Shown here: positions 1 to 10,100 of the stretch, one piece after another | Layout: every line of letters starts with the position of its first letter | How positions within the stretch are numbered: position 1 is the stretch's first letter | Virus record (IMG/VR): IMGVR_UViG_3300031848_000010 | Coordinates: 1 to 42,917 of that record | Source of the DNA: a virus | Lineage: Duplodnaviria; Caudoviricetes | Length of the DNA: 42,917 nt | Direction: 5' to 3' (one strand) | The notes under the pieces: generated by a model | What the model was told of the DNA's origin: nothing | Seen by the model: the letters and a program-made list of their open reading frames with translations, nothing else | Database searches by the model: none | Program-made: the position numbers and the translations under genes

Positions 1-2
1 CA

Positions 3-608
3 TTTAAACAAGAAAAAAATACTTACCAAACTATTACAGCTTCTGGCGTAATAACAAAAGATCAAGTATTTGCTACAAATACTACTGACGAAGTAATCCC
101 TCCTGAAGCAGTAACACAATACTCTACGTATTTGCTTTTATCTAAAACAGTAAGACCAATTAGTAATTTAACTCCTGAACAATTTTCTATTAATCAAAAA
201 TATATTGAAAACGCAGTAACCGCTCGAAAGAAAGCATTATCTATTATAAGTGGTACTTCGTTTACAGAAGAAAATTTAATTATCAAAGCTAAAGAGAATC
301 CTATTACGGATTTTGTTTATTCTGCTAACCTTGATGCTGCTAAATTAACTAATAACGATATTGATGAAATGGATGCAGACATTTGGGTTACTCCAAAAGT
401 TGTCAGCCAAGACTTTTCGCATTTGCCGGCAGATGCAGGTGTATATGCTTACGAAGCAATAACATTATTTGATGATCGTTACGATTTTGAAACTGGTAAA
501 AAAATACGTGTAGGCATTGCTGCAGGCATCAGCGGAGGCGCAGGTAATTCTACTACAGAGGGCAATACTGTTACAACAAACGAGCAGTCAGAAACAGGTC
601 CTTTTTGA
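3..608 (+). CDS. C-terminal part of a probable baseplate hub/tail-associated protein (5'-truncated by the window)
   Basis: The frame of the 132..608 ORF is open back to base 3 (FKQEKNTYQTITASG...), so the TTG at 132 is not the true start. It lies directly upstream of the gp5-like spike; the function is inferred from position only. Confidence 0.5.
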   Translation, partial: FKQEKNTYQTITASGVITKDQVFATNTTDEVIPPEAVTQYSTYLLLSKTVRPISNLTPEQFSINQKYIENAVTARKKALSIISGTSFTEENLIIKAKENPITDFVYSANLDAAKLTNNDIDEMDADIWVTPKVVSQDFSHLPADAGVYAYEAITLFDDRYDFETGKKIRVGIAAGISGGAGNSTTEGNTVTTNEQSETGPF

Positions 609-648
609 TGCAATGGTGTGATAATTACTATTACAGGACGGATAAAAC

Positions 649-3117
649 ATGAGTCAAAGCGGAAGATATAAAAGAACCAATAACCAAAAAGTTACGAAAA
701 GAGACATTGGTCCTTACGAAGCTGTAGTTGTCAACCACCTCGACACAAGGTATATGGGCGGACTAGAAGTTGAATTAATAAAGTATTCTGGTTCAGGCGG
801 CACTCCTGAAAAAGGAGGCGAGTTAGTACAAGTACGATACCTCAGTCCTTTTTATGGAATTACTCCAGCGGCCGGATTAACGCCAAATGATGGTTATCAA
901 AACACTCAAAAGAGTTATGGTATGTGGGCAGTGCCTCCAGACATCGGCACACGAGTACTTGTAATATTTGCAGAAGGAAATTTAAACTTAGGTTATTGGA
1001 TAGGTTGTATACCTGACGATTATATGAACTTTATGGTTCCTGATGGTAAAGCTAGTACAGAGCAAACAACAGCATTAACTCCTGATAATATTAAAGGTGC
1101 AAAATTACCCGTAGGTGAGTATAATAAAGCATTTGAAGACGGCGCCGCTATTGATCCTACTTTGTTTAAGAAACCTTATAATAAAGATTTTACAGAAGTA
1201 CTTGAAACGCAAGGATTATTATTTGACGAAATTAGGGGAACAACAACTACTAGTGCTAGAAGAGAAATTCCTAGTATGGTATTTGGCCTTAGTACTCCGG
1301 GTCCACAAGATAAAAGAGATGGTTCTCCTAAGGTTACAATAGGTCCGGCAGATGACAAAATAAATGTTCCTTATAATAGACTAGGCGGATCAAGTTTTGT
1401 TATGGATGATGGCGATCCGTCATTTATTAGAAAAACTCATCCTGAAGAAGGCCCTCCAATTTATGTTAATAAAATGGCTTCTGAAATGGGTGGCAAACAA
1501 ACAATACCGCAAAATGAATTATTAAGATTTAGGACTAGAACTGGTCATCAAATTGTAATGCATAATTCAGAAGACTTAATTTATATTGGAAATGCCCGTG
1601 GCACAACTTGGATAGAAATGACCAGTGATGGTAAAATTGATATCCACGCAAACGATAGTGTTAGTATTATGACTGATAATGATTTAAACATTACAGCTGA
1701 ACGTGATATAAACATGGAAGCTGGCAGAAATATTAATATGAAAGCTACTGCACGTTATAGTAAGGGTGCAGAACAAGATGCTAAAGGATTAGAAAGCGGC
1801 AGAGTACAAATAGAAGCACAGCATAATCATAACTTGCTTGTTGGTAACGATTCTAAAATTACAGTAGCAGGTACAATGCATACAGGAGTTGCTGAAAACC
1901 ACTTTATCTCAACAGGCAAATATCTACATATTAATAGCGGCCAAGACAATAGATTAACAGCTGGTGCATATACACATATTAGTAGTGGTAAAGAACATAG
2001 AGAAACTGCAACATATATACACGTGAACGGGCCTATTGCAGCACAAGCCGATCAAGCCGATACTGTTGAGCCGTTAGAGACAGTACAACTACCTTATGTG
2101 TTTCCAGGAAGTTTAAATCCTGTTGCATATGATAGTATATTAACAAGAGCTCCTCAACATGAACCTTGGCCACATCACGAAAACTTAGATCCACAATCGT
2201 TTAAAAAGACAGAAACTGATAGAGAATCACCAGGCGGCCTATCAACAGCAGAAAGAGTACTCACACCAGACTCGTTTTATAAAAACAAAGGCGGCAGAGT
2301 AGCAAGTGCATTTGTAGCAGGAAGTGGAGGAAGCATTTCAAGTGGTTCTCAGTCTACAGGAGGAGGAACAGGCACTGGTCAGGGAACTCCACCAGTTGAC
2401 AACTATTCTAGTAGTTTTAAATATAGTGATGAATTAGGAGCATTAAGCTCTAAATACGAATCAAGAGGAAATCCTACTGCAATTGGATTTGATAAAACAG
2501 GCGGCTGGTCCTACGGAACTTACCAGTTAGCAACAAGAGTTGGTGCATTTAAAGGATTCATGCGTTACTTAAAAGCAAAGCATACTGATGTATATGAATT
2601 ATTACAAACAGCAGGAGGAAGCTCTTCGGCTGGTTCAGGTACAGACACGTTTAAGGAAACTTGGCAGTTAGCAATGTCTGAAGCAGACAAGGCTGAAACA
2701 CAGCATTCCTATGCAGTAATTCAATATTTTGTTCCAGCTGCTGATAAAGTTTCTAAAAGTACAGGTATTGACGTAAGAATTAAGTCAAAAACATTGCAAG
2801 ATGTTTTATGGTCAACTGCTATACAGCATGGCGCAGGCGGTTGCAATAAAATATTTAAGAGAGCAATTAAATCTACCGGGAATCCGGCACCAACAGATGA
2901 AGCATTAATCGTAGCTGTATATAACGAACGAGCTAAAGACAATGGAATGGCATACTTTCCGTCAAGCAATGCTAATGTAAGGGCAAGTTGCGTAAAGCGT
3001 TTTAATAATGAAAAATTAGATGCATTAAAGCACTTAGAATTGGAAATTAAACAAGCATCTATTCCAGATGAAACTAACGAAGCTGGCAAAGTCACACTAC
3101 CAGTTGGTCCGCAATAA
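649..3117 (+). CDS. Baseplate central spike (T4 gp5/VgrG-like) with C-terminal VgrG3-like peptidoglycan muramidase domain
   Basis: N-terminal OB-fold-type motif (GMWAVPPDIGTRVLVIFAEGN..GYWIG), then RTRTGHQIVMHN, IEMTSDGKIDI and beta-helix-like repeats, a G/S/T linker, and a C-terminal LSSKYES...GGWSYGTYQ...DVLWSTAIQHG...YFPSS...KRFNNEK domain resembling the Vibrio VgrG3 C-terminal lysozyme-like domain. Followed by gp25. Confidence 0.85.
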   Translation: MSQSGRYKRTNNQKVTKRDIGPYEAVVVNHLDTRYMGGLEVELIKYSGSGGTPEKGGELVQVRYLSPFYGITPAAGLTPNDGYQNTQKSYGMWAVPPDIGTRVLVIFAEGNLNLGYWIGCIPDDYMNFMVPDGKASTEQTTALTPDNIKGAKLPVGEYNKAFEDGAAIDPTLFKKPYNKDFTEVLETQGLLFDEIRGTTTTSARREIPSMVFGLSTPGPQDKRDGSPKVTIGPADDKINVPYNRLGGSSFVMDDGDPSFIRKTHPEEGPPIYVNKMASEMGGKQTIPQNELLRFRTRTGHQIVMHNSEDLIYIGNARGTTWIEMTSDGKIDIHANDSVSIMTDNDLNITAERDINMEAGRNINMKATARYSKGAEQDAKGLESGRVQIEAQHNHNLLVGNDSKITVAGTMHTGVAENHFISTGKYLHINSGQDNRLTAGAYTHISSGKEHRETATYIHVNGPIAAQADQADTVEPLETVQLPYVFPGSLNPVAYDSILTRAPQHEPWPHHENLDPQSFKKTETDRESPGGLSTAERVLTPDSFYKNKGGRVASAFVAGSGGSISSGSQSTGGGTGTGQGTPPVDNYSSSFKYSDELGALSSKYESRGNPTAIGFDKTGGWSYGTYQLATRVGAFKGFMRYLKAKHTDVYELLQTAGGSSSAGSGTDTFKETWQLAMSEADKAETQHSYAVIQYFVPAADKVSKSTGIDVRIKSKTLQDVLWSTAIQHGAGGCNKIFKRAIKSTGNPAPTDEALIVAVYNERAKDNGMAYFPSSNANVRASCVKRFNNEKLDALKHLELEIKQASIPDETNEAGKVTLPVGPQ

Positions 3118-3122
3118 TAGGG

Positions 3123-3128
3123 TAAATA
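3123..3128 (+). promoter_or_regulatory. T4-late-like promoter core TAAATA
   Basis: GGTAAATACAGTATG in the 15-bp gap before the gp25-like gene; the same core recurs in other intergenic gaps. Confidence 0.65.
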
Positions 3129-3132
3129 CAGT

Positions 3133-3570
3133 ATGAGCGAATTAGAAAAAAATCTTTATAAACGTGTTACTGTCCCCCAAACAACTAAGGCCCCTTCACA
3201 AGGGCGAGCTTATAGAGGGTTCTCTACTGTTGACGGCAAAAAAGACGGGTTTGCAAAATACGACTTTGATCTTATTAAACAAGATCTAATAAATCACTTC
3301 CACATACGTCAAGGCGAAAAGCTTAGTGACCCAACATTTGGAACAGTTATCTGGGACATGCTGTTTGAACCATTTACTACTGATGTACAAGAAGCAATAG
3401 TAGATGATGTAACAAGAATTGTAAATCACGATCCTAGAATGAGTGTAGATTCAATTACTGTTGACACGTACGAAAAGGGTATTACTGTTGAATGTGTAGT
3501 AGTATTCCTTCCTTTTAATATATCTGAACAGTTACGATTTAAATTTGATCAAGCAAATGGCTTGCTGTAA
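3133..3570 (+). CDS. Baseplate wedge subunit, gp25/GpW-like
   Basis: LIKQDLINHFHIRQGEKLSDPTFGTVIWDMLFEP...DPR pattern typical of gp25; size 145 aa; sits between gp5-like and gp6-like genes. Confidence 0.9.
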   Translation: MSELEKNLYKRVTVPQTTKAPSQGRAYRGFSTVDGKKDGFAKYDFDLIKQDLINHFHIRQGEKLSDPTFGTVIWDMLFEPFTTDVQEAIVDDVTRIVNHDPRMSVDSITVDTYEKGITVECVVVFLPFNISEQLRFKFDQANGLL

Positions 3571-3583
3571 ATTATATACGCAC

Positions 3584-3603
3584 TTATCTGTAACAGATAA
3601 ATA
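3584..3603 (+). promoter_or_regulatory. Late-type promoter TAAATA (3598-3603) overlapped by inverted repeat TTATCTGT-A-ACAGATAA
   Basis: Read directly from the intergenic gap; GAGG Shine-Dalgarno follows before the ATG at 3627. Confidence 0.65.
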
Positions 3604-3626
3604 TCATAGTAATAGAGGAAACAAAT

Positions 3627-6600
3627 ATGTCTTCAACAGATAGACAGACAAGATTATTAGTATCTGAAGATTGGAAGCGGATTTACCAAGGGTTCCGTAA
3701 CGCCGATTTCCAGAGTTATGACTTTGATAATCTTCGTCGTACAATGATTAATTATCTACGTCAGAATTATCCTGAGGACTTCAACGATTATATCGAGTCA
3801 TCAGAGTATCTAGCACTAATTGAAATGATTGCATTTCTTGGACAGAACATTAGTTTCCGAGTAGATTTAAACGCTAGAGAGAATTTTTTAGAAACTGCTG
3901 AACGCAGAGAAAGTATTTTACGTTTAGCACGTATGCTTTCTTATAACCCAAGAAGAAATCAAGCAGCAAACGGATTATTAAAGCTTTCTACTATTAAAAC
4001 ATCTGAAGCTATTATTGATAGTTCAGGTGTAAACCTTGCAAGCACAGTTATTAAGTGGAATGATCAAGCTAATAGTAGCTACTTTGAACAGTTTATTAAG
4101 ATTTTAAACTCTGCATTACCAGTTACAAACAATATTGGTAATCCGTTAAAGTCAGCTAGCATAGCTAATGTTATTACACAGCAATATAGGTTTAATGCAA
4201 CTAATACAACTGCTGCTATCTTTCCTTTTACAAAAAGAATTGAAGGCGTAAGTCAAAGATTTGAAGCTGTCAGTACAGGAATTATGGGCGAGAGCATTAT
4301 TGAAGAACCTCCAATTCCAGGAAACAGCCCTGCATTTTTGTTTAGAGATGACGGCCAAGGCGCTGGTAGTAGTAACACTGGATTCTTTATGCACTTTAGA
4401 CAAGGTAAACTAGATAATTCTACCTTTAGCATATCATCTCCACAGCCTAATCAAACAGTAGCAATAGATGTTACTAATATTAACGATACTGACGTATGGT
4501 TATATAACGTTGACTCAAATGGATTTGAAACAAACTATTGGACAAAGCTTGATGCTGTTGAAGGCAACAACATTATATATAACAACTTGTTCAAAGGCGT
4601 TAAAGATGTTTTTGCAGTTAATACTCGAGTAGGCGATAGAGTAAACTTAACATTTTCCGACGGTGTATTTGGTAACTTACCATCAGGTAATTTTAAAATA
4701 TATTATAGAACTAGTGCTAATGCTGCCAGTGTTATTACACCAGGTGCATTGGGTAACGTTTCTATTGAAATACCATATCAAAATAAAGCAGGAGGCTTAG
4801 AAACTCTTACATTAGGTCTTAGACTTAACTATACTGTTTCAAACGGAAGTGCATCTGAATCAGACTCAGAAATTAAAAGTAATGCACCTGCAACATATTA
4901 TACACAAAATAGATTAATTACTGGCGAAGATTACAATATTGGCCCGCTAGCTATTAGCCAAGAAATTATTAAAACAAAAAGTACTAATCGAATTAGTAGT
5001 GGTGTTAGTAGATACTTTGACCTTAAAGATGTATCTGGCAAATATAGTAATACTAGTTTGTTTGCAGATGACGGCATTTTATACAAACAAATATTTTTAG
5101 AAAAAAGCCAATTCACATTTACAACACAAAGTGATATTGAAGGCATTATTAATAATACTATTGAGCCTATATTAGGCGCTTCGAATACTAGAAACTTTTA
5201 TTTAGATCAGTATCCAAAGACTATTGTTTCAGACTTAAATGCTAAATGGATTAGATCAACAACATCGACTAATCAATCTACTGGCAGATTTTTAGATAGT
5301 ACAGATTCTCCATATATGACTGGCACATTTACTGCCAATAGTTTGCGTTATATTGAACCAGGTGCATTGTGCAGATTTACTGCTCCAACAGGATTTCACT
5401 TTATGAAAGACGGAACCTTAATGGCTGGCGCTGCAATAAAATTAGGCTCTACAGCTTATAAATGGGCTAAGGCAGTTTCTATTGCCGACAACGGAACAGT
5501 AGTAAATACTGTAACAGGTAAAGGCCCAATTGCATTCAATGATAATATTCCAACTAACGCAATTTTAGATAGAATTATTCCTAATTTTTCTAAAGTATTA
5601 ATTGACTCTATTAAAGTACAAATTATTGACCAAGCATTTGCTTACAGAGATTTTGGTTTACGTTACGATTTAGCAGACAGACAATGGAAGTTAATTACTA
5701 ACGATAATCTTAATACATTATTAGATTTCTCCACAGGTAAAGCTGGCGATACAACTGGACAAAATCTTGATTCTAGTTGGTTCTTATTCTTTAAGACTGA
5801 CGGCGAAACTTATACTATTACATATCGCAACTTGAAATATATAATGGAAAGTGCAGATGAAATTAGATTCTATTTTGACGGAATTGATAAAGTTTACAAT
5901 CCAGCTACAGGACAAGTAGTTAGAGATAAGGTTGACATTTTAAATATTAATACTAAACCAGGACTTGCAAGTCCGTTTACAACTGATTTTTCTTGGTCGA
6001 TCTCAGACGCATTTAGAGACACAGATGGATATGTAGACTCACGTAAAATTGAAGTACAATTTATCGATTTAGATGATGACGGTGTAGTAGACAATCCGGA
6101 ATTATTTGATGAACTTGTTGATCCTGAAAACGTTACTACAACAGAAAAAACAGTATTCCAAAAGAAGTATACTACTAGTGACGGTGTTTTAGACTTTAAG
6201 TTCTTTGATAACACAGATAACAGTATTATTATAGTTGCTAACGAAGGCGCAATATCACCTTACAGTACAAGAACTGAAGGACAAGTATTTTATCTAGAAG
6301 ACGAAGCAGTGTTTAAAACTTTAAACAAATCGTTAAACAACACTACATTAAATTCTGATTATAAAGCATTTGTAGGCAGACATGGGTTAAAAATACATTA
6401 TGTACACGTTGCTGATAGCAGTTATAGAATTGATCCAAGTGCTAGTAACTTAATCGATACTTACTTGTTAACAAAAACATATGATACAAATATTAGAAAA
6501 TTCATTGCAGGCGACATTCTTACACAACCGTTACCACAAAGTAATGATGAATTATATAGAAGCTATGGTTCTTCAATTGAAAAGATTAAAAGCATAAGTG

Positions 6601-7139
6601 ATGAAATAATTTATTATCCTGCAAAATATAAAATATTATTTGGAAGCAAAGCTCCTGTGGATTTACAAGTGAAATTTAAAATTGTTAAAAATAAAGATGT
6701 TGTTACAAATGATAATGAGCTCAAATCAAGTATAATTGAAGCTATTAATAGATTCTTTGCAATTGATAACTGGGACTTTGGAGAAACTTTTTACTTCCAA
6801 GAGCTAAGTGCTTATATCATGAATGAATTAACCCCTAAACTTGCATCAGTTTTAATTGTTCCAACTCAAGGAACACAGGTGTTTGGTAGTTTGTTTGAAA
6901 TAAAATCTGAACCAGACGAAATTTTTATTAGTGCAGCAACTGTTTCTGACGTTGAAACTATAACAGAAATTACTGCTAAAGAAATACAAGCTAGCGGCAT
7001 AGTACTTACTGGATCAACTTCAACTAGTACTATAACAGGTATTACTAGCAGTGCATCATCAGCTTTAACTACATCAACTACTGGAGGAGGTTTAACATCA
7101 ACTTCCGCAACATCATCTAACACTGGATCAAGTTACTAA
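3627..7139 (+). CDS. Baseplate wedge subunit, T4 gp6-like (extended)
   Basis: DFDNLRRTMINYLR...DFNDY..SS...LIEMIAF...ENFLETAERRESILRLARMLSYNP and ESDSEIKSNAP..YYTQNRLITGEDY, plus C-terminal WDFGETFYFQEL, are gp6 hallmarks. Confidence 0.9.
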   Translation: MSSTDRQTRLLVSEDWKRIYQGFRNADFQSYDFDNLRRTMINYLRQNYPEDFNDYIESSEYLALIEMIAFLGQNISFRVDLNARENFLETAERRESILRLARMLSYNPRRNQAANGLLKLSTIKTSEAIIDSSGVNLASTVIKWNDQANSSYFEQFIKILNSALPVTNNIGNPLKSASIANVITQQYRFNATNTTAAIFPFTKRIEGVSQRFEAVSTGIMGESIIEEPPIPGNSPAFLFRDDGQGAGSSNTGFFMHFRQGKLDNSTFSISSPQPNQTVAIDVTNINDTDVWLYNVDSNGFETNYWTKLDAVEGNNIIYNNLFKGVKDVFAVNTRVGDRVNLTFSDGVFGNLPSGNFKIYYRTSANAASVITPGALGNVSIEIPYQNKAGGLETLTLGLRLNYTVSNGSASESDSEIKSNAPATYYTQNRLITGEDYNIGPLAISQEIIKTKSTNRISSGVSRYFDLKDVSGKYSNTSLFADDGILYKQIFLEKSQFTFTTQSDIEGIINNTIEPILGASNTRNFYLDQYPKTIVSDLNAKWIRSTTSTNQSTGRFLDSTDSPYMTGTFTANSLRYIEPGALCRFTAPTGFHFMKDGTLMAGAAIKLGSTAYKWAKAVSIADNGTVVNTVTGKGPIAFNDNIPTNAILDRIIPNFSKVLIDSIKVQIIDQAFAYRDFGLRYDLADRQWKLITNDNLNTLLDFSTGKAGDTTGQNLDSSWFLFFKTDGETYTITYRNLKYIMESADEIRFYFDGIDKVYNPATGQVVRDKVDILNINTKPGLASPFTTDFSWSISDAFRDTDGYVDSRKIEVQFIDLDDDGVVDNPELFDELVDPENVTTTEKTVFQKKYTTSDGVLDFKFFDNTDNSIIIVANEGAISPYSTRTEGQVFYLEDEAVFKTLNKSLNNTTLNSDYKAFVGRHGLKIHYVHVADSSYRIDPSASNLIDTYLLTKTYDTNIRKFIAGDILTQPLPQSNDELYRSYGSSIEKIKSISDEIIYYPAKYKILFGSKAPVDLQVKFKIVKNKDVVTNDNELKSSIIEAINRFFAIDNWDFGETFYFQELSAYIMNELTPKLASVLIVPTQGTQVFGSLFEIKSEPDEIFISAATVSDVETITEITAKEIQASGIVLTGSTSTSTITGITSSASSALTTSTTGGGLTSTSATSSNTGSSY

Positions 7140-10100
7140 TGGCATATAACAACAATCAAAATGAAAGTCCGCTACCAGTTCCGGGTGCTAAAGTACAAAA
7201 TATAAGTATTGACTTTTTACCTAAGTTTTTTAGAACTGAAGCTAATAGGAAATTCCTTCAAGGCACACTTGATCAGTTAATCCAACCTGGAGTAGCTGAA
7301 AAACTTAGTGGATACGTTGGTAGAGAAACTGCAAAAGCATACAAAGCTTCGGACAATTACATTGGCGATGTTAGTAGTGCAAGAGCAAATTATCAGTTAG
7401 AACCTGCAGCAGTAATTAAAGATAACTTAGACAATGTAACTTTCTATAGAGATTACAATGACTACATGAATCAATTAGGTTCCTTTGGCGCAAACACTGC
7501 TAACCATAGCAGAGTTAATAACCAAGACACATATGGATGGAACCCAAATATTGATTGGGACAAATTTGTAAACTTCCGTGAATACTATTGGTTACCAAAC
7601 GGCCCAACTAGTGTTGCTGTTAGAGGACAAAGCAAAGAAGTTGTTAGTACGTACACGGTTACAACTAAAGACCAGGGTGATAATGTTTCATATCAGTTTA
7701 ATGATGGACTTACAACAAACCCTACACTAAAATTATACAAAGGACAAACTTATAGATTTGAAATTGATACTCCTGGACATCCAATTGCATTTTCAATCTC
7801 AAGAACGTTTACTCCAGGCACAGCAATACTAACAGCAGGGTCTGAAGGTATTAGAGCTGACGGCCAATTCGACGGTGCGTTATACGGAAACAATTATGAC
7901 CAAGGCGATTATGTAGTACTGCCTAGTAGTGGATCTGTTACTTTTGATGCAGACGATAACGTTAGTACATTATATCCAACTGGAATAACAAAGTACGGCA
8001 AAGAAGGCGAAACTATATCAGTTGTTTATGTTGATAAAGGTACAATTGAATTTACTGTTCCTACAAATGCTCCAGATAGATTATACTATATTAGTAAAAA
8101 TGCAGTTGATACTAGCGGACTTATTAAAATTTATGATATTGCAGAGAATTCTGCAATTGATGTTCCCACAGAAGTATTAGGCAAAAAAACTTATACTAGT
8201 GCTAATGGTGTAAAATTATCCAACGGTATGAAAATAACCTTCCAAGGAGATGTAACACCTGCAAAGTACGATACAAGACAATGGTATGTTGAAGGTGTTG
8301 GATCTAATATTAAATTAATAAAAGACAAAGATCTTATTATTCCAGCGGCATACTCTACATCAAAGTTAATTCCGTTTGATACTGATAAGTTTGACGACTT
8401 GCCATTCGCTGATGCAAAAGCATATGCTGCAGATAAAGATTACATAACTGTTAATAGATCAAGCCCGGATAGAAATGCTTGGAGTAGATATAACTGTTGG
8501 TATCACAAAGACATTATAGTTGCTAGTGAAACTTATAATAACAATTCTTATGATCTAGACGAGAGTACTAGAGCCAAACGTCCTATTATTGAATATGAAG
8601 CAGGATTAAAATTAAATAACTTTGGTGTTTTTGCTAAAGAAGATGTTGACTTAGTTGATGTGTTTACTAAAGACGTGTTTAGTGTTGTTGAAGGATCAAC
8701 AGGATACAACATTGATAATATAGATTTAGCTGACGGCATGCGTGTCTTGTTTACAGCAGATACAGATATTCTAGTAAGTGGGCAAATTTATGAAGTTAAC
8801 TTTGTTACAATTAATAAAATTAGACAAATTAACTTGCGTCCTGTTACTGACTCGGCTCCTATTATTTTAGAAACAGTATTAGTAACTAATGGCACCAAGT
8901 ACGCAGGAACTAGCTTCCATTATAATGGAACTACTTGGATACAGTCCCAGCAGAAAACAAAAATAAACGAACATCCACTGTTTGAAGTGTTTGATGCTAA
9001 TTCAAATAGTTTTAGTGACACAACATATTATGGATCTACAACTTTTAAAGGAACTAAATTATTTTCCTACAAACAAAGTACAGGAACTAATGATGTTGAA
9101 TTAGGATTTCCTTTAACTTATAGATCGATTAATAACTCTGGAGATATTGTTTTTAACTTTAACTTGTTAAATGACAAGTTTACATACCAAACAGATAATG
9201 ACTTACTTAGTCAAACAATTGATACAGGTTATCTTAAAAAGTATAAGTCGTTAACGTCTTTTGATTATGTCAACGGATTTAGTAGCATTCCTACTAGCAG
9301 TAGACAAATGGTTATTAGACAGTATTCTGCAACTAAAATTCAACTTAATAACTTTGGTATTGATGTTTATAAAAAAGCCGGAGATATAAACGATTTAATA
9401 TTGCATGTTTATGTTGACAATAAATTAAAAATAAGATTACAAGATTATGAAATTGACAGAGCAAATGGTTTTGCAACTGTTAGATTTTATAACAACTTAA
9501 CTGTTGGGCAAACTGTTAGATTAAAAACTCATAGCCTATCTGAAAAAACAGATAAAGGATATTATGAGTTTCCACATAACTTAGAAAGAAATCCACTTAA
9601 TGAAGATGTAACTGAATTTACATTAGGTGAAGTAATTGATCATGTAGATACTATGATTGAAGACATCCAAGGGTTTACTGGTGTTTTTCCAGGCAAAGGT
9701 TCGTTGCGTGATGCAGGCGAAACAGATCAGTTTGGAAAAAGATTTGTTAAACATAGTGGACCTATCAACTTTCCATTATATCATATTACAGACAAAAATT
9801 TTAATATTGTAAAAGCATTAAAATATTCTAAAAATGAGTATTCAAGATTTAAAAGAAAGTTTTTAGAAACTGCGGTTACACTAGGTTACGATGGTCCTGT
9901 AAAACAGCATGTAGATAAAATCTTAACTACACTTAATAAAGAAAAGATGAAGTCAGAACCGTTTTACTTCTCTGACATGTTAGGTTATGGTGATTCTAAC
10001 AGGATTGAATATACAGTTTTAGATTCAAGAACTACAACATACCCTATAACTACTCCTTTTGCTTTAACTACTCTTAGTGCAAAAAGCATTAGTGTTTACT

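Noticed and set aside
132-134. TTG start of the first ORF
   Set aside because: The frame is open to the window edge, so this is the tail of a longer gene.
619-630. GATAATTA upstream of the spike gene as a variant late promoter
   Set aside because: One mismatch to TAAATA in AT-rich DNA; too weak to call.
649-7139. Bacterial T6SS or eCIS locus (VgrG plus TssE/gp25-like genes)
   Set aside because: T4 gp6-like wedge, collar fibres, TAAATA late promoters and the absence of Tss membrane, ClpV or immunity genes indicate a phage tail.
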